Shown here piece by piece: positions 48,981 to 62,416 of a stretch of 64,000 nucleotides of DNA; positions within the stretch are counted from its first letter, which is position 1; every line of letters begins with the position of its first letter. Origin of the DNA: Eledone cirrhosa (lineage: Eukaryota); NCBI GenBank assembly GCA_964016885.1, contig OZ024752.1:8308001-8372000 (forward strand), read 5' to 3'. Position numbers and translations under genes: made by a program. Under the pieces are notes generated by a model. That model was not told where the DNA came from. It did not search any database and was given only the letters and a program-made list of their open reading frames with translations.

Positions 48981-49484
48981 ACTCTCTCTCTCTGTGCGTG
49001 CGTGAAATTAGTATTGCAGCAAATACTTGCCATAAGTGACATTTTTTTTCAATTTTTGAAAAAAGATGAAAGTATAGACTGCATATTTGGTGAAATACCT
49101 TATAAATAATTTAACTAAAATATGGCAGCATGTGGTAACCTCTTTGTCAATCTATAAAGAATCTTTGGAATAGTGAGTTACAGGTATTTTTAAAATTTGT
49201 TTTCATGGCTGATTCCACGAGTTCATGAAAGACAATAGAAAATGTTATAAATCAGTTGAGCATGACATCAAAATATGTCACATTCAGATGTTCTCTTCCT
49301 AGTTTCATTGAGTAAAAACAAATCCATTTAAAACCTACGTACAAAGGGATGACTGTACGACACCTGATGGACCTTGTCCTAAATCTGACATCCCACTCTC
49401 CTTTCCAAGTCCACTACCATGTAGGACATGGTGGATCTAGCCACAAATCTATGACTTCTCACCTCAACAGCAAGCAATGTACAC

Positions 49485-49730
49485 TGTCACCCTTGACCAC
49501 CACACCACTATATCGCCCCCCCCCCCCACCACAACACTCCATATTGCTACCCTTGACCACCACACCACTCCATATTGCCAGCCCCTGACCACCACACCAC
49601 TCTATACAGCCACCCCTGACTAGCACTCCATATTGCCACCCCTGACCATCACACCACTATATTGCCACCCCTGACCACCACCCCATATTGCCACCCCTGA
49701 CCACCACACCACTCTATATTGCCACCCCTG
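49485..49730. repeat. C-rich degenerate ~30-bp tandem repeat
   Basis: CCACCCCTGACCACCACACCACTCCATATTG variants in tandem. Confidence 0.75.
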
Positions 49731-49735
49731 AGGCC

Positions 49736-52700
49736 CATCTTCCACACTAACAGGGGTTGGGTAAGTTTGTCTTACTTGAGCCAAGTTTGGTCGGGCGACC
49801 GTGTCTTCCTCATATAGAACTGTTTCTGGCTGGATGCCCTTCCTAGCGCCAACCACATTTACAGTGTGGACTGGGAGCCTTTTTACTGTGTCTCCTACAT
49901 AACCACTTTACAGTGTGGACTGGGAGCCTTTTTACCGTGTCTCCTACATAACCACTTTACAGTGTGCACTGGGAGCCTTTTTACCGTGTCTCCTACATGA
50001 CCACTTTACAGTGTGGACTGGGAGCCTTTTTACTGTGTCTCCTACATGACCACTTTACAGTGTGGACTGGGAGCCTTTTTACTGTGTCTCCTACATGACC
50101 ACTTTACAGTGTGGACTGGGAGCCTTTTTACTGTGTCTCCTACACGACCACTTTACAGTGTGGACTGGGAGCCTTTTTACCGTGTCTCCTACACGACCAC
50201 TTTACAGTGTGCACTGGGAGCCTTTTTACTGTGTCTCCTACATGACCACATTTACAGTGTGCACTGGGAGCCTTTTTACTGTGTCTCCTACATGACCACT
50301 TTACAGTGTGGACTGGGAGCCTTTTTACTGTGTCTCCTACATGACCACATTTACAGTGTGCACTGGGAGCCTTTTTACTGTGTCTCCTACATAACCACTT
50401 TACAGTGTGGACTGGGAGCCTTTTTACTGTGTCTCCTACACGACCACTTTACAGTGTGCACTGGGAGCCTTTTTACCGTGTCTCCTACACGACCACTTTA
50501 CAGTGTGGACTGGGAGCCTTTTTACCGTGTCTCCTACATAACCACTTTACAGTGTGGACTGGGAGCCTTTTTACTGTGTCTCCTACACGACCACTTTACA
50601 GTGTGCACTGGGAGCCTGTTTACCGTGTCTCCTACACAACCACTTTACAGTGTGGACTGGGAGCCTTTTTACTGTGTCTCCTACATAACCACTTTACAGT
50701 GTGCACTGGGAGCCTTTTTACCGTGTCTCCTACATAACCACTTTACAGTGTGGACTGGGAGCCTTTTTACTGTGTCTCCTACACGACCACTTTACAGTGT
50801 GCACTGGGAGCCTGTTTACCGTGTCTCCTACACAACCACTTTACAGTGTGGACTGGGAGCCTTTTTACTGTGTCTCCTACATGACCACTTTACAGTGTGC
50901 ACTGGGAGCCTTTTTACTGTGTCTCCTACATAACCACATTTACAGTGTGGACTGGCAGCCTTTTTACTGTGTCTCCTACACGACCACTTTACAGTGTGCA
51001 CTGGGAGCCTTTTTACCGTGTCTCCTACATAACCACTTTACAGTGTGGACTGGGAGCCTTTTTACCGTGTCTCCTACACGACCACTTTACAGTGTGGACT
51101 GGGAGCCTTTTTTACTGTGTCTCCTACACGACCACTTTACAGTGTGGACTGGGAGCCTTTTTACTGTGTCTCCTACATAACCACTTTACAGTGTGGACTG
51201 GGAGCCTTTTTACTGTGTCTCCTACACAACCACTTTACAGTGTGGACTGGGAGCCTTTTTACTGTGTCTCCTACATAACCACTTTACAGTGTGCACTGGG
51301 AGCCTTTTTACCGTGTCTCCTACACGACCACTTTACAGTGTGGACTGGGAGCCTTTTTACCGTGTCTCCTACATGACCACTTTACAGTGTGCACTGGGAG
51401 CCTTTTTACTGTGTCTCCTACATGACCACTTTACAGTGTGCACTGGGAGCCTTTTTACTGTGTCTCCTACATAACCACATTTACAGTGTGGACTGGGAGC
51501 CTTTTTACTGTGTCTCCTACACGACCACTTTACAGTGTGCACTGGGAGCCTTTTTACCGTGTCTCCTACATAACCACTTTACAGTGTGGACTGGGAGCCT
51601 TTTTACCGTGTCTCCTACATGACCACTTTACAGTGTGCACTGGGAGCCTTTTTACTGTGTCTCCTACATGACCACTTTACAGTGTGCACTGGGAGCCTTT
51701 TTACTGTGTCTCCTACATAACCACATTTACAGTGTGGACTGGGAGCCTTTTTACTGTGTCTCCTACACGACCACTTTACAGTGTGGACTGGGAGCCTTTT
51801 TACTGTGTCTCCTACATAACCACTTTACAGTGTGGACTGGGAGCCTTTTTACTGTGTCTCCTACATAACCACTTTACAGTGTGGACTGGGAGCCTTTTTA
51901 CTGTGTCTCCTACACGACCACTTTACAGTGTGGACTGGGAGCCTTTTTACTGTGTCTCCTACACGACCACTTTACAGTGTGGACTGGGAGCCTTTTTACT
52001 GTGTCTCCTACACGACCACTTTACAGTGTGGACTGGGAGCCTTTTTACTGTGTCTCCTACACGACCACTTTACAGTGTGCACTGGGAGCCTTTTTACCGT
52101 GTCTCCTACATAACCACTTTACAGTGTGGACTGGGAGCCTTTTTACTGTGTCTCCTACACGACCACTTTACAGTGTGCACTGGGAGCCTTTTTACCGTGT
52201 CTCCTACATAACCACATTTACAGTGTGGACTGGGAGCCTTTTTACTGTGTCTCCTACACGACCACTTTACAGTGTGGACTGGGAGCCTTTTTACTGTGTC
52301 TCCTACACGACCACTTTATAGTGTGGACTGGGAGCCTTTTTACTGTGTCTCCTACACGACCACTTTACAGTGTGGACTGGGAGCCTTTTTACTGTGTCTC
52401 CTACACGACCACTTTACAGTGTGGACTGGGAGCCTTTTTACTGTGTCTCCTACACGACCACTTTACAGTGTGGACTGGGAGCCTTTTTACTGTGTCTCCT
52501 ACACGACCACTTTACAGTGTGGACTGGGAGCCTTTTTACTGTGTCTCCTACATAACCACTTTACAGTATGCACTGGGAGCCTTTTTACCGTGTCTCCTAC
52601 ATAACCACTTTACAGTATGCACTGGGAGCCTTTTTACCATGTCTCCTACACGACCACTTTACAGTGTGGACTGGGAGCCTTTTTACCGTGTCTCCTACAT

Positions 52701-55700
52701 AACCACTTTACAGTGTGGACTGGGAGCCTTTTTACTGTGTCTCCTACATAACCACTTTACAGTATGGACTGGGAGCCTTTTTACCGTGTCTCCTACATAA
52801 CCACTTTACAGTGTGCACTGGGAGCCTTTTTACCATGTCTCCTACATAACCACTTTACAGTGTGGACTGGGAGCCTTTTTACTGTGTCTCCTACACGACC
52901 ACTTTACAGTGTGCACTGGGAGCCTGTTTACCGTGTCTCCTACACAACCACTTTACAGTGTGGACTGGGAGCCTTTTTACTGTGTCTCCTACATAACCAC
53001 TTTACAGGGTGCACTGGGAGCCTTTTTACCGTGTCTCCTACATAACCACTTTACAGTGTGGACTGGGAGCCTTTTTACTGTGTCTCCTACACGACCACTT
53101 TACAGTGTGCACTGGGAGCCTGTTTACCGTGTCTCCTACACAACCACTTTACAGTGTGGACTAGGAGCCTTTTTACTGTGTCTCCTACATGACCACTTTA
53201 CAGTGTGCACTGGGAGCCTTTTTACTGTGTCTCCTACATAACCACATTTACAGTGTGGACTGGGAGCCTTTTTACTGTGTCTCCTACACGACCACTTTAC
53301 AGTGTGCACTGGGAGCCTTTTTACCGTGTCTCCTACATAACCACTTTACAGTGTGGACTGGGAGCCTTTTTACCGTGTCTCCTACATGACCACTTTACAG
53401 TGTGCACTGGGAGCCTTTTTACTGTGTCTCCTACATGACCACTTTACAGTGTGCACTGGGAGCCTTTTTACTGTGTCTCCTACATAACCACATTTACAGT
53501 GTGGACTGGGAGCCTTTTTACTGTGTCTCCTACACGACCACTTTACAGTGTGGACTGGGAGCCTTTTTACTGTGTCTCCTACACAACCACTTTACAGTGT
53601 GGACTGGGAGCCTTTTTACTGTGTCTCCTACATAACCACTTTACAGTGTGCACTGGGAGCCTTTTTACCGTGTCTCCTACACGACCACTTTACAGTGTGG
53701 ACTGGGAGCCTTTTTACCGTGTCTCCTACATGACCACTTTACAGTGTGCACTGGGAGCCTTTTTACTGTGTCTCCTACATGACCACTTTACAGTGTGCAC
53801 TGGGAGCCTTTTTACTGTGTCTCCTACATAACCACATTTACAGTGTGGACTGGGAGCCTTTTTACTGTGTCTCCTACACGACCACTTTACAGTGTGCACT
53901 GGGAGCCTTTTTACCGTGTCTCCTACATAACCACTTTACAGTGTGGACTGGGAGCCTTTTTACCGTGTCTCCTACATGACCACTTTACAGTGTGCACTGG
54001 GAGCCTTTTTACTGTGTCTCCTACATGACCACTTTACAGTGTGCACTGGGAGCCTTTTTACTGTGTCTCCTACATAACCACATTTACAGTGTGGACTGGG
54101 AGCCTTTTTACTGTGTCTCCTACACGACCACTTTACAGTGTGGACTGGGAGCCTTTTTACTGTGTCTCCTACATAACCACTTTACAGTGTGGACTGGGAG
54201 CCTTTTTACTGTGTCTCCTACATAACCACTTTACAGTGTGGACTGGGAGCCTTTTTACTGTGTCTCCTACACGACCACTTTACAGTGTGGACTGGGAGCC
54301 TTTTTACTGTGTCTCCTACACGACCACTTTACAGTGTGGACTGGGAGCCTTTTTACTGTGTCTCCTACACGACCACTTTACAGTGTGCACTGGGAGCCTT
54401 TTTACCGTGTCTCCTACATAACCACTTTACAGTGTGGACTGGGAGCCTTTTTACTGTGTCTCCTACACGACCACTTTACAGTGTGCACTGGGAGCCTTTT
54501 TACCGTGTCTCCTACATAACCACATTTACAGTGTGGACTGGGAGCCTTTTTACTGTGTCTCCTACACGACCACTTTACAGTGTGGACTGGGAGCCTTTTT
54601 ACTGTGTCTCCTACACGACCACTTTATAGTGTGGACTGGGAGCCTTTTTACTGTGTCTCCTACACGACCACTTTACAGTGTGGACTGGGAGCCTTTTTAC
54701 TGTGTCTCCTACACGACCACTTTACAGTGTGGACTGGGAGCCTTTTTACTGTGTCTCCTACACGACCACTTTACAGTGTGGACTGGGAGCCTTTTTACTG
54801 TGTCTCCTACACGACCACTTTACAGTGTGGACTGGGAGCCTTTTTACTGTGTCTCCTACATAACCACTTTACAGTATGCACTGGGAGCCTTTTTACCGTG
54901 TCTCCTACATAACCACTTTACAGTATGCACTGGGAGCCTTTTTACCATGTCTCCTACACGACCACTTTACAGTGTGGACTGGGAGCCTTTTTACCGTGTC
55001 TCCTACATAACCACTTTACAGTGTGGACTGGGAGCCTTTTTACTGTGTCTCCTACATAACCACTTTACAGTATGGACTGGGAGCCTTTTTACTGTGTCTC
55101 CTACATAACCACTTTACAGTGTGCACTGGGAGCCTTTTTACCATGTCTCCTACATAACCACTTTACAGTGTGGACTGGGAGCCTTTTTACTGTGTCTCCT
55201 ACACGACCACTTTACAGTGTGCACTGGGAGCCTGTTTACCGTGTCTCCTACACAACCACTTTACAGTGTGGACTGGGAGCCTTTTTACTGTGTCTCCTAC
55301 ATAACCACTTTACAGTGTGCACTGGGAGCCTTTTTACCGTGTCTCCTACATAACCACTTTACAGTGTGGACTGGGAGCCTTTTTACTGTGTCTCCTACAC
55401 GACCACTTTACAGTGTGCACTGGGAGCCTGTTTACCGTGTCTCCTACACAACCACTTTACAGTGTGGACTGGGAGCCTTTTTACTGTGTCTCCTACATGA
55501 CCACTTTACAGTGTGCACTGGGAGCCTTTTTACTGTGTCTCCTACATAACCACATTTACAGTGTGGACTGGGAGCCTTTTTACTGTGTCTCCTACACGAC
55601 CACTTTACAGTGTGCACTGGGAGCCTTTTTACCGTGTCTCCTACATAACCACTTTACAGTGTGGACTGGGAGCCTTTTTACCGTGTCTCCTACATGACCA

Positions 55701-58700
55701 CTTTACAGTGTGCACTGGGAGCCTTTTTACTGTGTCTCCTACATGACCACTTTACAGTGTGCACTGGGAGCCTTTTTACTGTGTCTCCTACATAACCACA
55801 TTTACAGTGTGGACTGGGAGCCTTTTTACTGTGTCTCCTACACGACCACTTCACAGTGTGGACTGGGAGCCTTTTTACTGTGTCTCCTACATAACCACTT
55901 TACAGTGTGGACTGGGAGCCTTTTTACTGTGTCTCCTACACAACCACTTTACAGTGTGGACTGGGAGCCTTTTTACTGTGTCTCCTACATAACCACTTTA
56001 CAGTGTGCACTGGGAGCCTTTTTACTGTGTCTCCTACACAACCACTTTACAGTGTGGACTGGGAGCCTTTTTACTGTGTCTCCTACATAACCACTTTACA
56101 GTGTGCACTGGGAGCCTTTTTACCGTGTCTCCTACACGACCACTTTACAGTGTGGACTGGGAGCCTTTTTACCGTGTCTCCTACATGACCACTTTACAGT
56201 GTGCACTGGGAGCCTTTTTACTGTGTCTCCTACATGACCACTTTACAGTGTGCACTGGGAGCCTTTTTACTGTGTCTCCTACATAACCACATTTACAGTG
56301 TGGACTGGGAGCCTTTTTACTGTGTCTCCTACACGACCACTTTACAGTGTGCACTGGGAGCCTTTTTACCGTGTCTCCTACATAACCACTTTACAGTGTG
56401 GACTGGGAGCCTTTTTACCGTGTCTCCTACATGACCACTTTACAGTGTGCACTGGGAGCCTTTTTACTGTGTCTCCTACATGACCACTTTACAGTGTGCA
56501 CTGGGAGCCTTTTTACTGTGTCTCCTACATAACCACATTTACAGTGTGGACTGGGAGCCTTTTTACTGTGTCTCCTACACGACCACTTTACAGTGTGGAC
56601 TGGGAGCCTTTTTACTGTGTCTCCTACATAACCACTTTACAGTGTGGACTGGGAGCCTTTTTACTGTGTCTCCTACATAACCACTTTACAGTGTGGACTG
56701 GGAGCCTTTTTACTGTGTCTCCTACACGACCACTTTACAGTGTGGACTGGGAGCCTTTTTACTGTGTCTCCTACACGACCACTTTACAGTGTGGACTGGG
56801 AGCCTTTTTACTGTGTCTCCTACACGACCACTTTACAGTGTGGACTGGGAGCCTTTTTACTGTGTCTCCTACACGACCACTTTACAGTGTGCACTGGGAG
56901 CCTTTTTACCGTGTCTCCTACATAACCACTTTACAGTGTGGACTGGGAGCCTTTTTACTGTGTCTCCTACACGACCACTTTACAGTGTGCACTGGGAGCC
57001 TTTTTACCGTGTCTCCTACATAACCACATTTACAGTGTGGACTGGGAGCCTTTTTACTGTGTCTCCTACACGACCACTTTACAGTGTGGACTGGGAGCCT
57101 TTTTACTGTGTCTCCTACACGACCACTTTATAGTGTGGACTGGGAGCCTTTTTACTGTGTCTCCTACACGACCACTTTACAGTGTGGACTGGGAGCCTTT
57201 TTACTGTGTCTCCTACACGACCACTTTACAGTGTGGACTGGGAGCCTTTTTACTGTGTCTCCTACACGACCACTTTACAGTGTGGACTGGGAGCCTTTTT
57301 ACTGTGTCTCCTACACGACCACTTTACAGTGTGGACTGGGAGCCTTTTTACTGTGTCTCCTACATAACTACTTTACAGTATGCACTGGGAGCCTTTTTAC
57401 CGTGTCTCCTACATAACCACTTTACAGTATGCACTGGGAGCCTTTTTACCATGTCTCCTACACGACCACTTTACAGTGTGGACTGGGAGCCTTTTTACCG
57501 TGTCTCCTACATAACCACTTTACAGTGTGGACTGGGAGCCTTTTTACTGTGTCTCCTACATAACCACTTTACAGTATGGACTGGGAGCCTTTTTACCGTG
57601 TCTCCTACATAACCACTTTACAGTGTGCACTGGGAGCCTTTTTACCATGTCTCCTACATAACCACTTTACAGTGTGGACTGGGAGCCTTTTTACTGTGTC
57701 TCCTACACGACCACTTTACAGTGTGCACTGGGAGCCTGTTTACCGTGTCTCCTACACAACCACTTTACAGTGTGGACTGGGAGCCTTTTTACTGTGTCTC
57801 CTACATAACCACTTTACAGTGTGCACTGGGAGCCTTTTTACCGTGTCTCCTACATAACCACTTTACAGTGTGGACTGGGAGCCTTTTTACTGTGTCTCCT
57901 ACACGACCACTTTACAGTGTGCACTGGGAGCCTTTTTACCGTGTCTCCTACATGACCACTTTACAGTGTGCACTGGGAGCCTTTTTACTGTGTCTCCTAC
58001 ATGACCACTTTACAGTGTGCACTGGGAGCCTTTTTACTGTGTCTCCTACATAACCACATTTACAGTGTGGACTGGGAGCCTTTTTACTGTGTCTCCTACA
58101 CGACCACTTTACAGTGTGGACTGGGAGCCTTTTTACTGTGTCTCCTACATAACCACTTTACAGTGTGGACTGGGAGCCTTTTTACTGTGTCTCCTACACA
58201 ACCACTTTACAGTGTGGACTGGGAGCCTTTTTACTGTGTCTCCTACATAACCACTTTACAGTGTGCACTGGGAGCCTTTTTACCGTGTCTCCTACACGAC
58301 CACTTTACAGTGTGGACTGGGAGCCTTTTTACCGTGTCTCCTACATGACCACTTTACAGTGTGCACTGGGAGCCTTTTTACTGTGTCTCCTACATGACCA
58401 CTTTACAGTGTGCACTGGGAGCCTTTTTACTGTGTCTCCTACATAACCACATTTACAGTGTGGACTGGGAGCCTTTTTACTGTGTCTCCTACACGACCAC
58501 TTTACAGTGTGCACTGGGAGCCTTTTTACCGTGTCTCCTACATAACCACTTTACAGTGTGGACTGGGAGCCTTTTTACCGTGTCTCCTACATGACCACTT
58601 TACAGTGTGCACTGGGAGCCTTTTTACTGTGTCTCCTACATGACCACTTTACAGTGTGCACTGGGAGCCTTTTTACTGTGTCTCCTACATAACCACATTT

Positions 58701-60490
58701 ACAGTGTGGACTGGGAGCCTTTTTACTGTGTCTCCTACACGACCACTTTACAGTGTGGACTGGGAGCCTTTTTACTGTGTCTCCTACATAACCACTTTAC
58801 AGTGTGGACTGGGAGCCTTTTTACTGTGTCTCCTACATAACCACTTTACAGTGTGGACTGGGAGCCTTTTTACTGTGTCTCCTACACGACCACTTTACAG
58901 TGTGGACTGGGAGCCTTTTTACTGTGTCTCCTACACGACCACTTTACAGTGTGGACTGGGAGCCTTTTTACTGTGTCTCCTACACGACCACTTTACAGTG
59001 TGGACTGGGAGCCTTTTTACTGTGTCTCCTACACGACCACTTTACAGTGTGCACTGGGAGCCTTTTTACCGTGTCTCCTACATAACCACTTTACAGTGTG
59101 GACTGGGAGCCTTTTTACTGTGTCTCCTACACGACCACTTTACAGTGTGCACTGGGAGCCTTTTTACCGTGTCTCCTACATAACCACATTTACAGTGTGG
59201 ACTGGGAGCCTTTTTACTGTGTCTCCTACACGACCACTTTACAGTGTGGACTGGGAGCCTTTTTACTGTGTCTCCTACACGACCACTTTATAGTGTGGAC
59301 TGGGAGCCTTTTTACTGTGTCTCCTACACGACCACTTTACAGTGTGGACTGGGAGCCTTTTTACTGTGTCTCCTACACGACCACTTTACAGTGTGGACTG
59401 GGAGCCTTTTTACTGTGTCTCCTACACGACCACTTTACAGTGTGGACTGGGAGCCTTTTTACTGTGTCTCCTACACGACCACTTTACAGTGTGCACTGGG
59501 AGCCTTTTTACTGTGTCTCCTACATAACCACATTTACAGTGTGGACTGGGAGCCTTTTTACTGTGTCTCCTACACGACCACTTTACAGTGTGGACTGGGA
59601 GCCTTTTTACTGTGTCTCCTACACGACCACTTTATAGTGTGGACTGGGAGCCTTTTTACTGTGTCTCCTACATAACCACTTTACAGTGTGGACTGGGAGC
59701 CTTTTTACTGTGTCTCCTACATAACCACTTTACAGTATGCACTGGGAGCCTTTTTACCGTGTCTCCTACATAACCACTTTACAGTATGCACTGGGAGCCT
59801 TTTTACCATGTCTCCTACACGACCACTTTACAGTGTGGACTGGGAGCCTTTTTACCGTGTCTCCTACATAACCACTTTACAGTGTGGACTGGGAGCCTTT
59901 TTACTGTGTCTCCTACATAACCACTTTACAGTATGGACTGGGAGCCTTTTTACCGTGTCTCCTACATAACCACTTTACAGTGTGCACTGGGAGCCTTTTT
60001 ACCATGTCTCCTACATAACCACTTTACAGTGTGGACTGGGAGCCTTTTTACTGTGTCTCCTACATAACCACTTTACAGTGTGGACTGGGAGCCTTTTTAC
60101 TGTGTCTCCTACATAACCACTTTACAGTATGGACTGGGAGCCTTTTTACCGTGACACCTACATGACCACTTTACAGTGTGGACTAGGTGTTTTTAGTCGT
60201 GGCACCTACATGACCACTTTACAGTGTGGACTGGATGTTCTGTGGTACCAACATAACTTTACAGAGAAAGGGTGAGGTGGGTGAAAGTGGGAGGATGGAG
60301 TAGGGGGTGTATATTGGGTTAAGAGGTGCCTACTGATTGTAGGTTTAAGTTCATAACGTAAGGGAAGGCGGGTCTTCAGTATAACTGCATAGTGCCAAAG
60401 ATCCTTCAGAGAGGTGTAAGTGAGCAAGGTCAGTTTTTATCACCTCGTCCCAGGTTTTTCTGGGTCTACCCACTCAGTAGCTCCCATCAA
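49736..60490 (-). mobile_element. 5'-truncated RTE LINE copy inflated by an internal satellite
   Basis: The left flank (49736-49860) matches the RTE tail (GCTGGATGCCCTTCCTA...CCAACCACATTTACAG). The right flank (60235-60490) matches the upstream 3' UTR and ORF end (AAGGCGGGTCTTC...CTCGTCCCAGGTTTTTCTGGGTCT = GRPRKTWDE). Confidence 0.88.
49852..60232. repeat. 49-bp satellite, ~210 units, with ~2.2-2.5 kb higher-order periodicity
   Basis: Unit ACCACTTTACAGTGTG(G/C)ACTGGGAGCCTTTTTAC(T/C)GTGTCTCCTACA(C/T)(G/A), with occasional 50-bp variants. The rare CTTTATAG variant occurs near 52318, 54626, 57130 and 59290. Confidence 0.98.
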
Positions 60491-60604
60491 TTATATATGT
60501 ATAAAGAAATTCGTTTTCAAATATAAAAACTGACATCTATATACACATGATCTGTAAATTCTAATAAAATATCTTCAACAGATTAATTGAAATTAATATA
60601 TTAA

Positions 60605-60935
60605 GTAATACAGAAGACGCGAACCCCCCCCCCCCCCCACACACACACGGGTACAAGCTGTAGCATATAGACAATAAGCTCCCACCCCGTCCCACTGCAA
60701 AAAAGCACCCAACCCACACTGTAAAGTGGTCGTGGAGGTGCCACAGCAAAAAAAAAGCACCCAGCACTCATTGTAAATGAGGTTGGTGTTAGGAAGGGCA
60801 TCCAGCTGTAGAAATCAAGCCAGAATCAGTTGCCGTCTGAGCAAGACATGGTCAGCCGACCGGACACTGCTCACAACAGGACAACCCGTCTAACCCATGC
60901 TAGCGTGGAAGTACGGACGTAGAACGGTGATGCTG
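60605..60935 (+). mobile_element. RTE-tail-bearing non-autonomous element; a related inverted copy lies at ~30580-30875
   Basis: TAATACAGAAGAC...CACGGGTACAAGCTG...GGTTGGTGTTAGGAAGGGCATCCAGCTGTAG...GGACG. Confidence 0.7.
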
Positions 60936-61146
60936 ATTAAATATTCATTTAAATTCAGCTGTTTTTCAAATAAAAAAATCCCAAATATTATATATAGACA
61001 TTGATAAAGAAAAAAAACCACCATTAGCAATTAATAAAAAGTTGGTTTCGGTTGTATTAAACACCCGAGAAGCTGCTGGATGATTCGATTACGTAATAAA
61101 ACTCCAACATATGATCAAGACACATCACAATACAGGTATTAAGATA

Positions 61147-61450
61147 TACAGTCTACTCCCCAGCATTCGCGGAATTTCCCTTAGAACCTAATTAATAATT
61201 GTTCGTGTAAACAACCACATATTCGAGGAATCGTAAATATCTTCCGCGATTTTTTTTAATGCCGTTTTTTTTCGTGGCAATATATATTTTTTCGGGCTTT
61301 ATAACACTAAATTATTAATAACAATATACCGTATTTGCCGGCCTATATTTTAGGTTATGTTTTGACGTTTATAGGCATTTTTATGGACTACGTCCGTTAT
61401 TCGCGGGTATTCTAGGAACGTAACCCCCACGAATACTGAGGAGCATGTAT
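61147..61450. mobile_element. Tc/mariner (Tigger-like) MITE; related fragment at ~45170-45318
   Basis: TA-CAGTCTACTCCCCAGCATTCGCG ... CACGAATACTGAGGAGCATG-TA imperfect inverted termini. Confidence 0.55.
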
Positions 61451-61644
61451 TACATTCGTTCAAACCATATGAACGAAAGATACTTCCTAGAATTTTCAAA
61501 TAATTTTGAAAATAGTCAAGAATTTGTTTTGATTTAGTAATATATCTAACTGTCCCCCAAAATTATTGGCCTTGTGCCTAAATCAGAAACAGTTTTCCCG
61601 TTCCTTTATATTATATTAGTTTGTGCTTTCGTTCTGTAAGCATC

Positions 61645-61815
61645 GTAGAGGGTCGGAAGCCATACTTTCCAACAAAGAGTTACGGCCTTTTATGATCCGA
61701 GTTCAAATCCAGACGAGGTTAACTTTGCCTTTCATCCTTACGGAGTCGATAAAATAAAGTACCAGTAATGCACTGGAATAATTGCTGGCCTTGGGCCAAA
61801 AGTAGAAACAATTAT
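61645..61815 (+). mobile_element. Family-B SINE
   Basis: GAGTTCAAATCC...AACTTTGCCTTTCATCCTTACGGAGTCGATAAAATAAAGTACCAG. Confidence 0.8.
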
Positions 61816-62170
61816 TATATTTATACAACTGTGAATAAAGTATATGTGTGTTTATCACATTATCAAGGTCCTGTTTGTAACAAAGATTCTTGCATAAAAT
61901 TACAAGGGAAGATTTTTAATAAATATAAACACTTTTAAGCAGTTTTGAATTGTAGAAACGAGGGAGGGGGACGGTTTCGAAATTAAAAAAAACTATTAAA
62001 ATATCTGAAGACCAAAGCACTTGATAGACATTTCGTCTCCACATCATAGCAGAAAAAGGGGAGGGGTGACCCTGACACATTAAAAGTGTTATGAGAACCT
62101 ACTTTTCGTTTTGTAACAAATATCACATGGGTTCTTTATATACACACACACATACATACATATATATATA

Positions 62171-62416
62171 TAGCGGCGTGCAGAGCCCTGGTGATGCCCG
62201 GTGCAAATCTTGATTGTATGTCCCCAAAGACTCAAGTATAAGGCCTAATATACTGAGAAATATTACGAGAAATGAAAATATTTTCAATATATAAACTCAG
62301 ATAAAACATGAAATAAACACTTTATACGATTTTAAAATAAATCAATCAAATTTATCAAGTTCTTTTCCCCAAAGGATGCCCGGGGCCAACGTACCGTCGC
62401 CGCCTGCACGCTACTG
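62171..62416. mobile_element. hAT-like MITE
   Basis: Termini TAGCGGCGTGCAG / CTGCACGCTACTG, sitting in a TA run. Confidence 0.6.

Noticed and set aside
47820-49042. Three ~370-390-aa minus-strand ORFs, considered as a CTSD exon 1 source
   Set aside because: All three frames are open only because the repeat lacks stops. There is no signal peptide or suitable donor.
49852-60232. Regular 49-bp array as a CRISPR array or repeat-protein gene
   Set aside because: There are no unique spacers and no cas genes, and the context is eukaryotic. Because 49 is not a multiple of 3, the many ORFs simply cycle through the three frames.
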